64,000 bases of DNA. It comes from an uncultured virus (IMG/VR IMGVR_UViG_3300006175_000006). Taxonomy: Duplodnaviria > Heunggongvirae > Uroviricota > Caudoviricetes. Shown in pieces: positions 46,758-57,137 of the stretch (within the stretch, counting starts at the first letter, position 1; every line of letters begins with the position of its first letter). The notes under the pieces are model-generated. The model had not been told where the DNA came from and made no database searches. It saw only the letters and a program-made list of their open reading frames with translations. The stretch is taken from positions 2,420 to 66,419 of IMG/VR virus record IMGVR_UViG_3300006175_000006, one strand, 5' to 3'. A program made the translations under genes and the position numbers.

Positions 46758-47349
46758 CGGCAAAAAAGGTCCCGCGACGGAACAGATCCCGGAATCGGAA
46801 CTCATGGCTGCTGCGGCGGCGGGCGAACTCCCAATCCAAAATCCTCCCCCTCCGGCTCTGACCGCCGATGCAACGCTGCTCGTTGAACCTGGCGAAGATT
46901 TCGACATGGAAGCGTATCAGCGCGAAGTCGAACGCATCCGCAAACAGCGCAAACCCTTCGGCGCGTTTTCACAGAAGCTTGCGCTGGAACAACGTCGCGG
47001 ATATAAGCGGCATTGGTTCAATGACACGCCGGGGCGAATCGAAGAAAAGCTGCGTGAGGGTTGGACCCACGTTAAGGACAGAGAAGGCAAGCCAGTAAAG
47101 CGCGTAGTCGGCGGCGGGCGTAACAACGCAGAACTGATCGGCTTCGCAATGGAAATCCCGGTAGTGATCTGGGAAGAAGAACAGGCGGCCTACCACCGCG
47201 AGGCCCAGGCGAGAATGGATGATATCCGGAGAAATCCGGTCCGTGCCCCAAGCGGCACCACCCATAAATCAGACGCCAACAAATTCTACTCACCACGGGA
47301 AGAAATGGTCCGGATCATTGAAGATCCTGTCCCCCGTAGCGTGATTTAG
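46747..47349 (+). CDS. Conserved head-module protein
   Basis: GYKRHWFND.PGRI..GW..AMEIP. Confidence 0.65.
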   Translation: MSNNGKKGPATEQIPESELMAAAAAGELPIQNPPPPALTADATLLVEPGEDFDMEAYQREVERIRKQRKPFGAFSQKLALEQRRGYKRHWFNDTPGRIEEKLREGWTHVKDREGKPVKRVVGGGRNNAELIGFAMEIPVVIWEEEQAAYHREAQARMDDIRRNPVRAPSGTTHKSDANKFYSPREEMVRIIEDPVPRSVI

Positions 47350-47444
47350 CCAGCCCAAGCCCAACCAAGAATAGCCGAGCAAAGACCTCGTAACTGCGGA
47401 CTTACCGTCCGCGCGGTTGACGCAACGCTTTTTTGGAGACGGCA

Positions 47445-48053
47445 ATGGCAAATGCAAACTCCCCCTTTGGTCTGCGCCCCATCAGCAACAATGGGACGAT
47501 GTGGAGCGGCCAAGGCCGTCTGTATTGCTTCCCGGCCGCGGACGCTTCGAACATCTTTTTGGGCGACCCGATTGTTGCCCTTGGCACCTCTGACGCGAAC
47601 GGCGTTCCAAACGCCACGATCGCGAGTGCCGGTTCCTCAAATTACATCAACGGTGTTTTCGTTGGCCTGACCAACGGCCCGGGCAACAATGCCGGCGGCG
47701 CGGCTTTCACGGTCACCCGCGACCTGCCCGTTTACGTCCAGTCCGGCATCCTCGCCTACGGCCTCGTCTGCGACGATCCCAACGTCTTGTACGTCACCCA
47801 GGAAGACTCGGTTGGCGGTGCCATCGCGATTACCTCATCCACCTTTGAGGACGCGAACATGGTCGCCGGCTCGGGATCCACGACAACCGGCTTCTCAGGC
47901 TGGATGCTGGACTCCTCCACTGTCGGCAACGGCGCAAATCTGCAGGTCAAAATCCTCGGCCTGGCGCGTGGTCCGGACAATGTAATCGGCAACTACGCGA
48001 AGTGGGTCGTCCGCTTCAACCTCGCCGGTCTGTGGAAATCCACGGGCATCTAA
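47445..48053 (+). CDS. Head decoration / minor capsid protein
   Basis: MANANSPFGLRP..IFLGD..GVFVG..DDPN; just before MCP. Confidence 0.7.
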   Translation: MANANSPFGLRPISNNGTMWSGQGRLYCFPAADASNIFLGDPIVALGTSDANGVPNATIASAGSSNYINGVFVGLTNGPGNNAGGAAFTVTRDLPVYVQSGILAYGLVCDDPNVLYVTQEDSVGGAIAITSSTFEDANMVAGSGSTTTGFSGWMLDSSTVGNGANLQVKILGLARGPDNVIGNYAKWVVRFNLAGLWKSTGI

Positions 48054-48089
48054 TCGGTCACGTCGGCGGAAATGTAAGGAGCAAAAGAC

Positions 48090-49010
48090 ATGGCAACGGT
48101 TGGCGGCGTTATCACTACTGGCGCACACCCCAAAGCACTCTGGCCTGGAATCAAGACCTGGTGGGGCCGGCAATATGCCGAGCACGAACAGGAATATCCC
48201 GAACTCTTCGACATGGAGACCTCCGACAAGGCTTACGAAGAGGACGTGGAAATCTCCGGCTTCGGGCTGTTGCGTGAGAAGGATCAGGGGCAGGCGGTCA
48301 CTTACGACACGGAAGTTCAGGGCGCCGTCACCCGTTACACCCATGTCCCGTATGCCGGCGGCTATATTGTCACCTATGAAGAGTTGCGCGACGACCTTTA
48401 CGAAGTGGTCTCAAAGCGCCGCTCCACGATGCTTGCCTTTGCTGGCCGCCAAACCGAAGAAGTGATCGCCGCCAATATCTTCAATCAGGCGTTCAACACC
48501 GCCTATCCGATTGGCGACGGCGCGGCCTTCATTTCGGCCTCGCATCCGACGCTCACCGGTAATCAGTCCAATCTTCTCTCGACCTCCGCGGACCTGTCGG
48601 AACTGGCGATTGAAGATCTGGGCGTTCAGATCATGCAGGCGACCGACTATCGCGGAAACAAGGTCAGCCTCATTCCGCAATGCCTCGTGATTTCGCCGAC
48701 TCAGTGGTACGACGCCAACCGCATCGTCCATTCGATCCTGCAGAACGATACGGCGAACAACGCCATCAACGTCATCAAGGCGTCGGGCATGTTCTCCAAG
48801 GGGATCGAAGTAAACCACTATTTCCTGTCGGCGACGGCATGGTTCATCCGCACCAACACGCCCTATGGCGCGCGCTTCCTGTGGCGCGACAAGCCGACCT
48901 TCGACACCGACAATGAATTCGACACGAAGAACGCAAAGGCCGTTCAGTACATGCGGTTTTCGTGCGGCGTTACCGACTGGCGCGGCTATTTCGGCACGCC
49001 GGGCGCGTAA
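48090..49010 (+). CDS. Major capsid protein
   Basis: KALWPG, SDKAYEE, DDLY, TEEVIAAN, GDG..SASHP, AWFIRT, RFS.G.TDWRGYFGTPGA; AAGGAG SD. Confidence 0.9.
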   Translation: MATVGGVITTGAHPKALWPGIKTWWGRQYAEHEQEYPELFDMETSDKAYEEDVEISGFGLLREKDQGQAVTYDTEVQGAVTRYTHVPYAGGYIVTYEELRDDLYEVVSKRRSTMLAFAGRQTEEVIAANIFNQAFNTAYPIGDGAAFISASHPTLTGNQSNLLSTSADLSELAIEDLGVQIMQATDYRGNKVSLIPQCLVISPTQWYDANRIVHSILQNDTANNAINVIKASGMFSKGIEVNHYFLSATAWFIRTNTPYGARFLWRDKPTFDTDNEFDTKNAKAVQYMRFSCGVTDWRGYFGTPGA

Positions 49011-49133
49011 GGCCCGGTCGAAGGGCTAGACGCGCAGAATTGTTCGGATTCGTGATCGGCGGGCGTCGCCTCTCCTGACCAACCCGCGCGGCGAGACGAG
49101 CAAGGCGGTTTAACAGTCTAAGGAGAATTTTCT

Positions 49134-50051
49134 ATGAAAACTGCCTTTTCCGGTCCGCTCGTCGTTTATGGCTCGCGCAACCCTCCGAGCTATGGCGGCT
49201 CGAATAATCCGCAACAGGGCCCGGGCGCCGTCTACGGCGGTAACGGTCTGCTCGATAGCCGCGTTGGGTACAACGTCAGCCGCAAGGGCTGGATCGGCAT
49301 GGGCGTTGCGGATTACCGCGTGCTTGATGCGGTTCCGGCAACCCTCGGGCTTGGCACGGTCGCCGCGGCCGCCCATGTCGTTAGCGGCACGGCAATGGCG
49401 CTGGCCTCTGCCTCGACCGGCATTACGGTCGTTCCCACCGGCGGCGTAGTACCCCTTGGCAACCCAGGCGTAACGATCCCTGCCGGATCGCTGATCCTCG
49501 ATGGCGCGCCGGCGCTGATCAATTACGGCCTTGCCGGGCCTGACGGGCTTTACGCGAACAACTCCTACGACATGAGCACGATGCTCAGTCGGTGCATTTC
49601 GATCACCGGCGTCTCGGCCGGCGCGGGCGGCAATTTCCTCGTCACCTGTGCGGATGCTTACGGCTATCAATGGACGCAGCTTGTGACCGTGGCTGCTGGC
49701 GTCAATACCGTCGCGACGTTGAAGGCGGCTAAATATGTCATTTCGATTGTGCCGCAATTTACCAATGCGCAGAATTATTCGGTCAACACGACCGACACGT
49801 TCGGGCTTCCCATCCGCGCGGCGCGGTTCAGCGAAACCCTGATTTATTGGGCCGATGCGCTGATCACGGCGAACACCGGATTTACCGGCGCGGTCACCAC
49901 GTCACCGTCGACCAATCTGCTCGGCGATGTGCGCGGGACATATGCGGTGCAGTCGGCCTCTGACGGGTCGAAGCGGCTCACCATCCGGGTTAGTCCGGGA
50001 CAGGCCAATCTCGGCACCAATGTCGGCATGTTTGGCGTTGCTCAGGTTTAA
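49134..50051 (+). CDS. Virion structural protein
   Basis: TAFSGP N-terminus, GDVRGT..SASDGSKRL; AAGGAG SD. Confidence 0.65.
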   Translation: MKTAFSGPLVVYGSRNPPSYGGSNNPQQGPGAVYGGNGLLDSRVGYNVSRKGWIGMGVADYRVLDAVPATLGLGTVAAAAHVVSGTAMALASASTGITVVPTGGVVPLGNPGVTIPAGSLILDGAPALINYGLAGPDGLYANNSYDMSTMLSRCISITGVSAGAGGNFLVTCADAYGYQWTQLVTVAAGVNTVATLKAAKYVISIVPQFTNAQNYSVNTTDTFGLPIRAARFSETLIYWADALITANTGFTGAVTTSPSTNLLGDVRGTYAVQSASDGSKRLTIRVSPGQANLGTNVGMFGVAQV

Positions 50052-50064
50052 GAGGTAAGCCCGC

Positions 50065-50526
50065 GTGGCCGCGCTCACTATCACCAAGTCGGTACTCGAG
50101 AACGGGTTTCGCAATTACAAAGCGGTCTACAACTTTGTGGGCGACGGCTCGAATGTGATTTCCGGCTATGTCGCTGCGGACCCCACTTCGTCCGGCGACA
50201 TGGGCGTGACGATCGCCGGCAATACGCTCTACCCAGGGCCGCACATCACCATTATCGGGATGCGCTACAATCTGGCGGCGGGGTTCTCGGTAGGCGTCAT
50301 CTGGGACGCGACAAGCGCGACACCGGCTTGGGAACTGTTCGGCTTCGGCAAACAGCTTCTCTTCAAAGAGGGTGGTTTGCAGCCCTATACGATCACCTCC
50401 GGCGTGCGGACGCTTCTCACCGGCGCTACCGGCAAGATCCTCTTCACCCAGAAGCCTGATGCGGCTTTGGCTGCTGGCGTTGCGGGCACTGTCGAACTGC
50501 TGCTGCGGAAGGGTATTCAGCAATGA
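50065..50526 (+). CDS. Virion structural protein
   Basis: Beta-rich; TGKILFT. Confidence 0.6.
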   Translation: MAALTITKSVLENGFRNYKAVYNFVGDGSNVISGYVAADPTSSGDMGVTIAGNTLYPGPHITIIGMRYNLAAGFSVGVIWDATSATPAWELFGFGKQLLFKEGGLQPYTITSGVRTLLTGATGKILFTQKPDAALAAGVAGTVELLLRKGIQQ

Positions 50527-50915
50527 TCCCCGTACAGGGCGATGCAGTAGCCGGGCAGGTCCGCGTATTGGTTACCAATGGCGGCAACCACACACCCGAA
50601 TCATGGGCTGATCTGACCTGCGACCAGCTATTCGAGTGTGACGCTGAGATTTCCGACAAGCGCCGCATGTTTGCCTCTGCCCTTCGCCAGCAGACCCGTG
50701 GCGTCCTGCGCGAACTCTTTGCGGCCGTCCGCGCCGATGCTTCCGAAGCGGTGCTTTGGCGTGATGCTAACGCGGCCCAGGGCGCGATCTGCCGGTATGC
50801 CGAAGGCACGCCATGGCAGCATAATTTCGGCCACGAGCGGATTGCCGCGATCATGCGGGACCTGATCTATCAGAATTTGCGGACCGCGGCGGACCTCGCC
50901 GTGCGATGGGAGTAG
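50523..50915 (+). CDS. Hypothetical protein
   Basis: TNGGNHTPESWA; ATGA coupling. Confidence 0.55.
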   Translation: MIPVQGDAVAGQVRVLVTNGGNHTPESWADLTCDQLFECDAEISDKRRMFASALRQQTRGVLRELFAAVRADASEAVLWRDANAAQGAICRYAEGTPWQHNFGHERIAAIMRDLIYQNLRTAADLAVRWE

Positions 50916-50921
50916 TAGCCG

Positions 50922-51383
50922 ATGGGCTCGATCACGACTGCCTTTCCTTCGTCTGCAAAGGCTGAACTCGCCCAGGGGTTTCACAACTACACCACGACCA
51001 CGGGCAGCGTGTTCAAGGCCGCGCTGATCAAAGCGACACCAACCGGCGTCTACGGCGCGGGGTCGGTCAACTATTCCGACATTACCGGCAATTCCGATGA
51101 AGTGACTGGCACGGGCTATTCCGCTGGCGGGTTCGCTTGGACAGCAGCGCAGAACACGACGCCGGCGCTTACCGGCACTACGGCCTATTGGTCATGGAGC
51201 GTGAACCCATCCTGGACCACGGCCACATTCTCTTCGGACGGGACGATGTTTTACAATTCGTCCTCGTCAAATAAGGCCGTCTATGTCGGCAGTTTTGGCG
51301 GCACCCAATCGGTCAGCGCCGGCACATTCACCATTATTCTGCCGACCAACAACAGCACGACCGCCGTTCTCCGGCTGCTGTAG
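50922..51383 (+). CDS. Virion structural protein
   Basis: FKAAL..EVTGTGYSAGG..W..ATF..YN..FGG..AGTFTI. Confidence 0.65.
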   Translation: MGSITTAFPSSAKAELAQGFHNYTTTTGSVFKAALIKATPTGVYGAGSVNYSDITGNSDEVTGTGYSAGGFAWTAAQNTTPALTGTTAYWSWSVNPSWTTATFSSDGTMFYNSSSSNKAVYVGSFGGTQSVSAGTFTIILPTNNSTTAVLRLL

Positions 51384-51395
51384 GCATGGGGCGGG

Positions 51396-52685
51396 ATGAC
51401 CGCGCCAAATTTCAACGCCCATATTACCGGCGGCGGCATCTTTTCCGGTGCCGGGCCCGGATCGAGCAACCTCGCCAACCCGTCGTTTGATCCTAACGAT
51501 TATGCGATTTGTGTCGTCGGGTTTGAGGGAAGCTCCCCACGCTCGGTTGTTTCGGTCGCCTCTGCACATCTGACGTTCAGCCCAATTCACTCATTTACAA
51601 GCGGCGGCGCCAATAACGTCACCGGCGAAATTTGGGTGGCCCAAAATGGCGGAAGCACGCTTAGCGGAGAGGCGGTCACGGTCACTTTGTCCGGAGCCGT
51701 AGACGACTGCACGTTCATCGTTTTCGGGGTGAACGGTGCATGGACCGCCGCTCCGGTTGATCCCAATGCGACCAATTTGTCCGACGTCGTGGTGACGGGC
51801 ACGAACCTTTACTCGGGCACGATTTCGACCGATCGACCCAACGATCTTATCCTGGCGATTTCGACGACGTGGAAGCCAAATGTCAACGCCGGGGTTCCGG
51901 CCGCGGGCTGGACGAACTTCAACGAAACGACGAACTCAGGCGGCGCCAATTTTTGCTCAATCCAGATTGATTACAAGCGCGTTAGCTCGGTGCAGACCAG
52001 CCTTGCTTACGCATTAACATCCTCATCCTGGCCGGACTCTTCAAATCAGGGCATTACAACGATGTTCGCCATTACGGCGGACTCGTCCGATACCAATGTT
52101 TCTATCACAGGCGCCAGTGCTACCGGCTCAGCAGGCACCGTCACGGTCAGCACCGGTGGCACGATATCGCTTGCTGGTGTTGCGGCAACCGGCTCCGCCA
52201 ATCCGGTAACCACAAGTGCAAGCCATGATGGAAGCGGCACCGTCGACGGAGTATCAGCCACGGGCGCGGCCAACCCGGTTACCGTGGGCTCTGGCGGAAG
52301 TACCGCGATCAGTGGCGCTTCTGCGACCGGTGCGGCGGGCGACGTGACGCCAAGTGTCTCCGGGGCACCTCTGGGAGTTTCGGCGCTTGGCGTGGCCGGA
52401 AGCGTCGTGGCGCACGCACCTCCCATTCCAGAAGCCTTCCCGGTCTTTTCGATCATGCGCAACACGCCTGTTCCGGCGGTGGGTGCGATGAACAACACGC
52501 CGATCGTCTGCATCGGCAAATTGAAGCCGTCAGGTCCGGAACCCTATTCCGTGGCGGCTTCGATAAGCGGCGTTTCGGCGCGCGCGCTTTCGGGATCTGT
52601 GAACCCGTCGCGTATGGTGCAATCCGCATTGAGCGGAGTTTCGACGACCGCGGCGGCCGGCGATGTAACGGTGACAATTACATGA
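51396..52685 (+). CDS. Fibre-like structural protein with GxSATGxAxxVT repeats
   Basis: About seven degenerate repeats in C-half. Confidence 0.6.
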   Translation: MTAPNFNAHITGGGIFSGAGPGSSNLANPSFDPNDYAICVVGFEGSSPRSVVSVASAHLTFSPIHSFTSGGANNVTGEIWVAQNGGSTLSGEAVTVTLSGAVDDCTFIVFGVNGAWTAAPVDPNATNLSDVVVTGTNLYSGTISTDRPNDLILAISTTWKPNVNAGVPAAGWTNFNETTNSGGANFCSIQIDYKRVSSVQTSLAYALTSSSWPDSSNQGITTMFAITADSSDTNVSITGASATGSAGTVTVSTGGTISLAGVAATGSANPVTTSASHDGSGTVDGVSATGAANPVTVGSGGSTAISGASATGAAGDVTPSVSGAPLGVSALGVAGSVVAHAPPIPEAFPVFSIMRNTPVPAVGAMNNTPIVCIGKLKPSGPEPYSVAASISGVSARALSGSVNPSRMVQSALSGVSTTAAAGDVTVTIT

Positions 52686-52716
52686 TAAAGAAATTCGATG
52701 GTTGGGGGCTGCGGCC

Positions 52717-53037
52717 ATGAACGTCAATGAATGGGGCGTGCTCTTTCGTTTCTCGACGGGGTTTGACCTGAGCGGGTTTAGCGCGCTTTCAATCACCTTC
52801 ACCAAGCCGGACGGCACCACCTTCACGCGCACCAATCCGGATGTGACCGCGCCCAATGCTGATGTGATCACCACGGACGGGCTTTTCCCGGCCAATACCT
52901 ATGCCCAATACACGTTCCAGTCCGGCGAGGTCGATCAGGCGGGAAAATGGTGCGCATACGTCACTTACGACGATGCGACCCCGCAACACCTGATTTCTGA
53001 CGTCGCCCATTTCACCATCAACGCGAATTCCTGCTGA
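52717..53037 (+). CDS. Small structural protein (BppU-N-like)
   Basis: ITFTKPDGT..YTFQSGEVDQAGKW. Confidence 0.55.
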   Translation: MNVNEWGVLFRFSTGFDLSGFSALSITFTKPDGTTFTRTNPDVTAPNADVITTDGLFPANTYAQYTFQSGEVDQAGKWCAYVTYDDATPQHLISDVAHFTINANSC

Positions 53038-53044
53038 GGCGAAA

Positions 53045-53848
53045 ATGAGCAAGGCTCCATCCGACCTGACGGGACTGCGGTTTGGGATGCTCGTCGCACT
53101 GTCCGATGCTGGACCTGGCAATGGAGGATGCCGGAACTGGCTCTGCCAATGCGATTGCGGAAATCGTAAACCTGTAAATCGTCATTCCCTGATTCGTGGC
53201 AACACGAGGTCCTGCGGCTGCATGAAAAAAGGGCCGCCCCGCACACTTCCACGAGCAAAATCGGAGTCGTTGCCGTTCCCTGAACACTTATGCTGCATCA
53301 AGGGCTGCGATGAAGAGGCCAGCGGCCACAATTTCTGCCGCCGCCATTATCAGGCTTGGCGAAACCATGGGCATCCGCTTGCTAGGATGAGAAGGCGTGG
53401 TCGCAATGGGCCACAGACAGCAAAATCGTCCACGAAGGAATATCGAGCATGGTGCGGCATGAAGGAGCGCTGTTCGCGCCCGGAATCTCGCGCCTATCCG
53501 ATTTACGGTGGGCGCGGCATTACCGTTTGCGAACGGTGGACGGATAGTTTTGAGGCGTTTCTTTCTGACCTCGGCCGCGCGCCATCCCGGCTTCACACGC
53601 TTGAGCGCGTTGACGTAAACGGCAACTACGAGCCATCCAATGTGCGATGGGCGACAGTGACGGAGCAAAATCGGAATACCCGCAGCGTGCGCTTAAATAT
53701 TGAGTTGGTCAGCGCCGCCAAAAGAAAGTTCGAAAGCGGCGTTGCGGTCGCGCAAATCGCGAGGGAAATGCGAATCAATAAATCTACAATCTGGCAGGCC
53801 ATCCACGGCAAAACGTGGAAGGAGATTCAACCCGTGAGTGTGTCCTAG
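53045..53848 (+). CDS. HNH-type homing endonuclease in the structural operon
   Basis: GLRFGML..WLCQCDCG..SCGC..YGGRGITVCERW..GNYEPSNVRWAT. Confidence 0.8.
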   Translation: MSKAPSDLTGLRFGMLVALSDAGPGNGGCRNWLCQCDCGNRKPVNRHSLIRGNTRSCGCMKKGPPRTLPRAKSESLPFPEHLCCIKGCDEEASGHNFCRRHYQAWRNHGHPLARMRRRGRNGPQTAKSSTKEYRAWCGMKERCSRPESRAYPIYGGRGITVCERWTDSFEAFLSDLGRAPSRLHTLERVDVNGNYEPSNVRWATVTEQNRNTRSVRLNIELVSAAKRKFESGVAVAQIAREMRINKSTIWQAIHGKTWKEIQPVSVS

Positions 53849-54312
53849 TGGGAAGAAAGCCTGGAAGGCAGTATCGCGCCGGAAGCTGGTGGCGTCAGGA
53901 TGATCAATCCGGCTTCACGGTGCGCGCCGAAAGGACGCGCCCAGAATGGCAGGGGCTCATTGTCGATGAGCGCTTCTGGGAGCCACGGCAACCGCAAGAC
54001 CTGGTGACCGGCGTTCCGGACAATCAGGCGGTCGCCAATGCCCGGCCGCTTCCGCCGGCGTCATTTGTCGGTCCGGTTTCGACCATGTTGACCGCCGCGG
54101 CCGCGATCGGCGACACGGTGCTTGCCGTCGACTCGGTTCAAAGCTTTGGGCCCGGAAGCCTTGTCGGGGTCATGCTGGACAGCGGGACCTACTTCAACAC
54201 CACGATTTCGAACGTCGCGGCGCCGGCCGGATCAATCCGGATTACGGACGCGCTCCCGGGCACGGCTGCAAACGGCAACACGGTCACCAATTACAGAAGT
54301 GCAGGGCCATGA
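53848..54312 (+). CDS. Conserved head-completion region protein
   Basis: DDQSGF..EWQGLIV..WEPRQPQD..ARP. Confidence 0.6.
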   Translation: MGRKPGRQYRAGSWWRQDDQSGFTVRAERTRPEWQGLIVDERFWEPRQPQDLVTGVPDNQAVANARPLPPASFVGPVSTMLTAAAAIGDTVLAVDSVQSFGPGSLVGVMLDSGTYFNTTISNVAAPAGSIRITDALPGTAANGNTVTNYRSAGP

Positions 54313-55295
54313 GCGGACCAGCAAGCCAAATCACCTCTGGCGTCACGCGGTACAGTCAGGTTGCGACTGAGATTATCACCGCGGCCTTTCAGATCATGGG
54401 CACCATCAATGAGGACGAAACCCCGTCTGCCGGCATGTTCAAAACCGGGATGCGCTCGCTCAATTCGATGGTGAAGGAGTGGGAAACATCGGGCATCCAT
54501 ATCTGGACCGAACGCGAGGCCATCCTGTTTTTGCAGCAGGGCCAAGTGCGGTACCTGCTCGGCAACGATTCGACGGACCATTGCGCGGACGCCTATTCCT
54601 ATAAACTCACGACGCTGCAGTTTGCCGTTGCTGCGGCGGCCGTATCGGTAACCGTCGTAGATCCCACGGGCATGGTTGTTGGCGACAAGTTCGGTTTTGT
54701 TCTCGATACCGGCGCGGCCTTCTGGACGACGGTTAAAACCATTGCCGGGCAGGTAATCGGGCTGAACGCTCCGGCGCCCTCGAGCGCGACCGATGGCAAT
54801 TTCGTTTTCGATTACACCACCGACATTGTGCGGCCCCTGCGCGTGCCATCATCGCGCCGGCTGCAATACCAGGGCCTCATTGAGACCCCCATGGGTTACG
54901 CGCCTGGGCAAATGCTTTCGCGCCAAGAGTACATGGACCTCACCAACAAAAACTCGCCCGGGACGGTCACTTCAGCCTATTACAATCCGGCGCGAATTCA
55001 GGGGGAGTTCTTCGTTTGGCCGCAGCCGACAAATGCGACCAATGGTGTGCGCTTCACCTATTACCGGCCGATCGAAAGCTTTGTCTCGGTCGATGATGAG
55101 CCGGATCTTCCGGACGAATGGACCAACTGCCTCGACTGGAATTTGGCGAAAGAGCTTATGCCGATGTACTCGGTCCCGGCCGAGCGTTTCGATCGCATCA
55201 AGGTCACCGCAGCCGAAAAGCTTGAAATGGTCCAAGGGTGGGACCGCGAACCGCAGAGTATTTATTTTGGTCGCGCCTATGGCGCGGGACGCTGA
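54309..55295 (+). CDS. Head-to-tail adaptor (P22 gp4-like)
   Basis: EIITAAF..LNSMVKEW..SRQEY..NK..VWPQP..DLPDEW..LA. Confidence 0.7.
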   Translation: MSGPASQITSGVTRYSQVATEIITAAFQIMGTINEDETPSAGMFKTGMRSLNSMVKEWETSGIHIWTEREAILFLQQGQVRYLLGNDSTDHCADAYSYKLTTLQFAVAAAAVSVTVVDPTGMVVGDKFGFVLDTGAAFWTTVKTIAGQVIGLNAPAPSSATDGNFVFDYTTDIVRPLRVPSSRRLQYQGLIETPMGYAPGQMLSRQEYMDLTNKNSPGTVTSAYYNPARIQGEFFVWPQPTNATNGVRFTYYRPIESFVSVDDEPDLPDEWTNCLDWNLAKELMPMYSVPAERFDRIKVTAAEKLEMVQGWDREPQSIYFGRAYGAGR

Positions 55296-55313
55296 TAGGA
55301 CAGGAGAAATTTT

Positions 55314-57137
55314 ATGGGCAGGACAAATTTACCCGGTGCGCTGCTTGCCGAAATGGGCGTCAAGTCCGTCTCTGCGGCGTCTTACACATTTGTCGCGGAC
55401 GATAACCAAACTCACATCAGTTTCACGTCCGCGAGCGCTGTAACCGCGACCATTCCGCGTGATTCCTCGCTGCTGCCCACCTTCCAAAAAGGGACGGTTA
55501 TCCAATTCGAGCAAGCGGGCGCCGGCGCGGTTACAATCGCGGCAGGGTCCGGGGTCACTCTTAACGCCGCTTCCGGTACCGTGGCGACGACCGGCCAATA
55601 CCAGGTTGGAACGCTCGTCAAAACTGCGGCAAACACTTGGACCCTTAATTTTGGCGGCGGTTCCGGTGGCGGAGCGACCGGCCCAACCGGTCCGACTGGC
55701 CCAAGCGGAGGGCCAACAGGTCCTACGGGTGCGGGAGGACCAACGGGTACTGCTGGCGCCGGCGGATCCACCGGTCCCACCGGACCAACCGGCTCTGGCC
55801 CAACGGGGCCGACCGGCCCGACAGGTTCGGTTGGCCCCACTGGCGCCGGCAATGGCCCCACCGGTCCGACAGGCGCGAATGGCGCGGCAGGGCCTACCGG
55901 TCCGACCGGTAGTACCGGCGCTGGTGGTGCTCCTGGTGCTGCGGGTCCAACAGGTCCAACTGGTGCTGGCCCAACGGGGCCGACCGGCCCGACTGGATCG
56001 GGGAGCGGCGTAAGCGTTACGGCCGCCACGCCGGACGTAGTTATCACGCCATCGCCGGGGACGGGCACGTTCACCGTTGGCACGACAGCGCCGCTCAACC
56101 AGCAGACGGGTACGACCTACACCGTCCTGACGGGCGATCAGGCGAAGGTCGTTACGTTATCCAACACCTCTGGCGTTGCGGTCACTCTTCCCCAGGCCGG
56201 GTCCGCGGGGTTCGCGTCCGGATGGGGCGCGACGTTCGTAAACCTGAACACCGGCGATGTGACAATCACCACGACGACCTCGACCATCAACGGTGAGGGC
56301 TCGCTTATCGTTTTGGAGCCGGGCGGAAGCGCAAGCCTCGTCAGCGACGGAACGAATTGGGAGGGGATGGTTTCGGCAGCCTACCCGGTCGGAACCAAGA
56401 ACGCCTTGACCGCCGCCGGCGCTCTGCTGCGCGGGCGGAGCCGCGTAAACCTCATAACGCTCACATCGGCCGGGGCGACATTCTCGCTCGCCAACGGCCG
56501 GTTCTATGGTGAGCGGTGCAACATCGTCATCGCCAACACCAGCACCAAACTCGCGACGATCACGCCAACGTCGAATATCGACGGCGTGGCCTCGCGGATT
56601 ATGTGGGCTGGTGAGTCAGCGGAGTTGTTTTGGAACGGTCCCGATTCATCGTCTGGCGAATGGACGAAAGTCGCGGGCAGGACGGTTGCGATGACCGCCA
56701 CGATTGGTCTCGGCACGTCTACGGCAAACTCGGTCAATGGTGCTCCGACCTTGGTTCCGCTTGATACAAGCGTCGTTGATAATACCGGTTTAATGGTGAA
56801 TACGGGGACCAGCGCAGTCGTCCTCAAACGACCTGGAACTTACAACATCACGGGACGGATATACTGGCAATCAGGCACAGCCGCGGCAACAGCCGTGGCG
56901 TCCTATCTGTTTCAAAACGCTAGTAATATCAATTACACCACGGTGTTCTGGACAACTGGCGGACCGCTCAACGTCGTGCCGGGAATAGACTGGGTTTTGA
57001 CCGGCGCAGCAGCCGGAGACAGCATGACCATGGAATATTTCCAGAATTCCGGGCAGACCACCCCGACCATAAGAGGCACCAATGACCTCGGAGTGGCTGG
57101 AACCTTCCTCAGCGTTACAGAAGTTCCGAGCTGGTAA
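55314..57137 (+). CDS. Tail fibre with collagen-like segment
   Basis: [16 protein letters not shown] domain, G-P-T triplet tract, C-terminal beta domain; AGGAG SD. Confidence 0.8.
   Translation: MGRTNLPGALLAEMGVKSVSAASYTFVADDNQTHISFTSASAVTATIPRDSSLLPTFQKGTVIQFEQAGAGAVTIAAGSGVTLNAASGTVATTGQYQVGTLVKTAANTWTLNFGGGSGGGATGPTGPTGPSGGPTGPTGAGGPTGTAGAGGSTGPTGPTGSGPTGPTGPTGSVGPTGAGNGPTGPTGANGAAGPTGPTGSTGAGGAPGAAGPTGPTGAGPTGPTGPTGSGSGVSVTAATPDVVITPSPGTGTFTVGTTAPLNQQTGTTYTVLTGDQAKVVTLSNTSGVAVTLPQAGSAGFASGWGATFVNLNTGDVTITTTTSTINGEGSLIVLEPGGSASLVSDGTNWEGMVSAAYPVGTKNALTAAGALLRGRSRVNLITLTSAGATFSLANGRFYGERCNIVIANTSTKLATITPTSNIDGVASRIMWAGESAELFWNGPDSSSGEWTKVAGRTVAMTATIGLGTSTANSVNGAPTLVPLDTSVVDNTGLMVNTGTSAVVLKRPGTYNITGRIYWQSGTAAATAVASYLFQNASNINYTTVFWTTGGPLNVVPGIDWVLTGAAAGDSMTMEYFQNSGQTTPTIRGTNDLGVAGTFLSVTEVPSW
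55671..56000 (+). repeat. Collagen-like Gly-X-Y (mostly GPT) coding repeat
   Basis: GPTGPTGPT runs with single-residue interruptions. Confidence 0.9.

Noticed and set aside
49011-49133. Riboswitch or ncRNA after the capsid gene
   Set aside because: Only short possible stems; no recognisable family motif
55671-56000. Collagen tract as DNA tandem repeat/contingency locus
   Set aside because: Third codon positions vary, so the repeat is maintained at protein level
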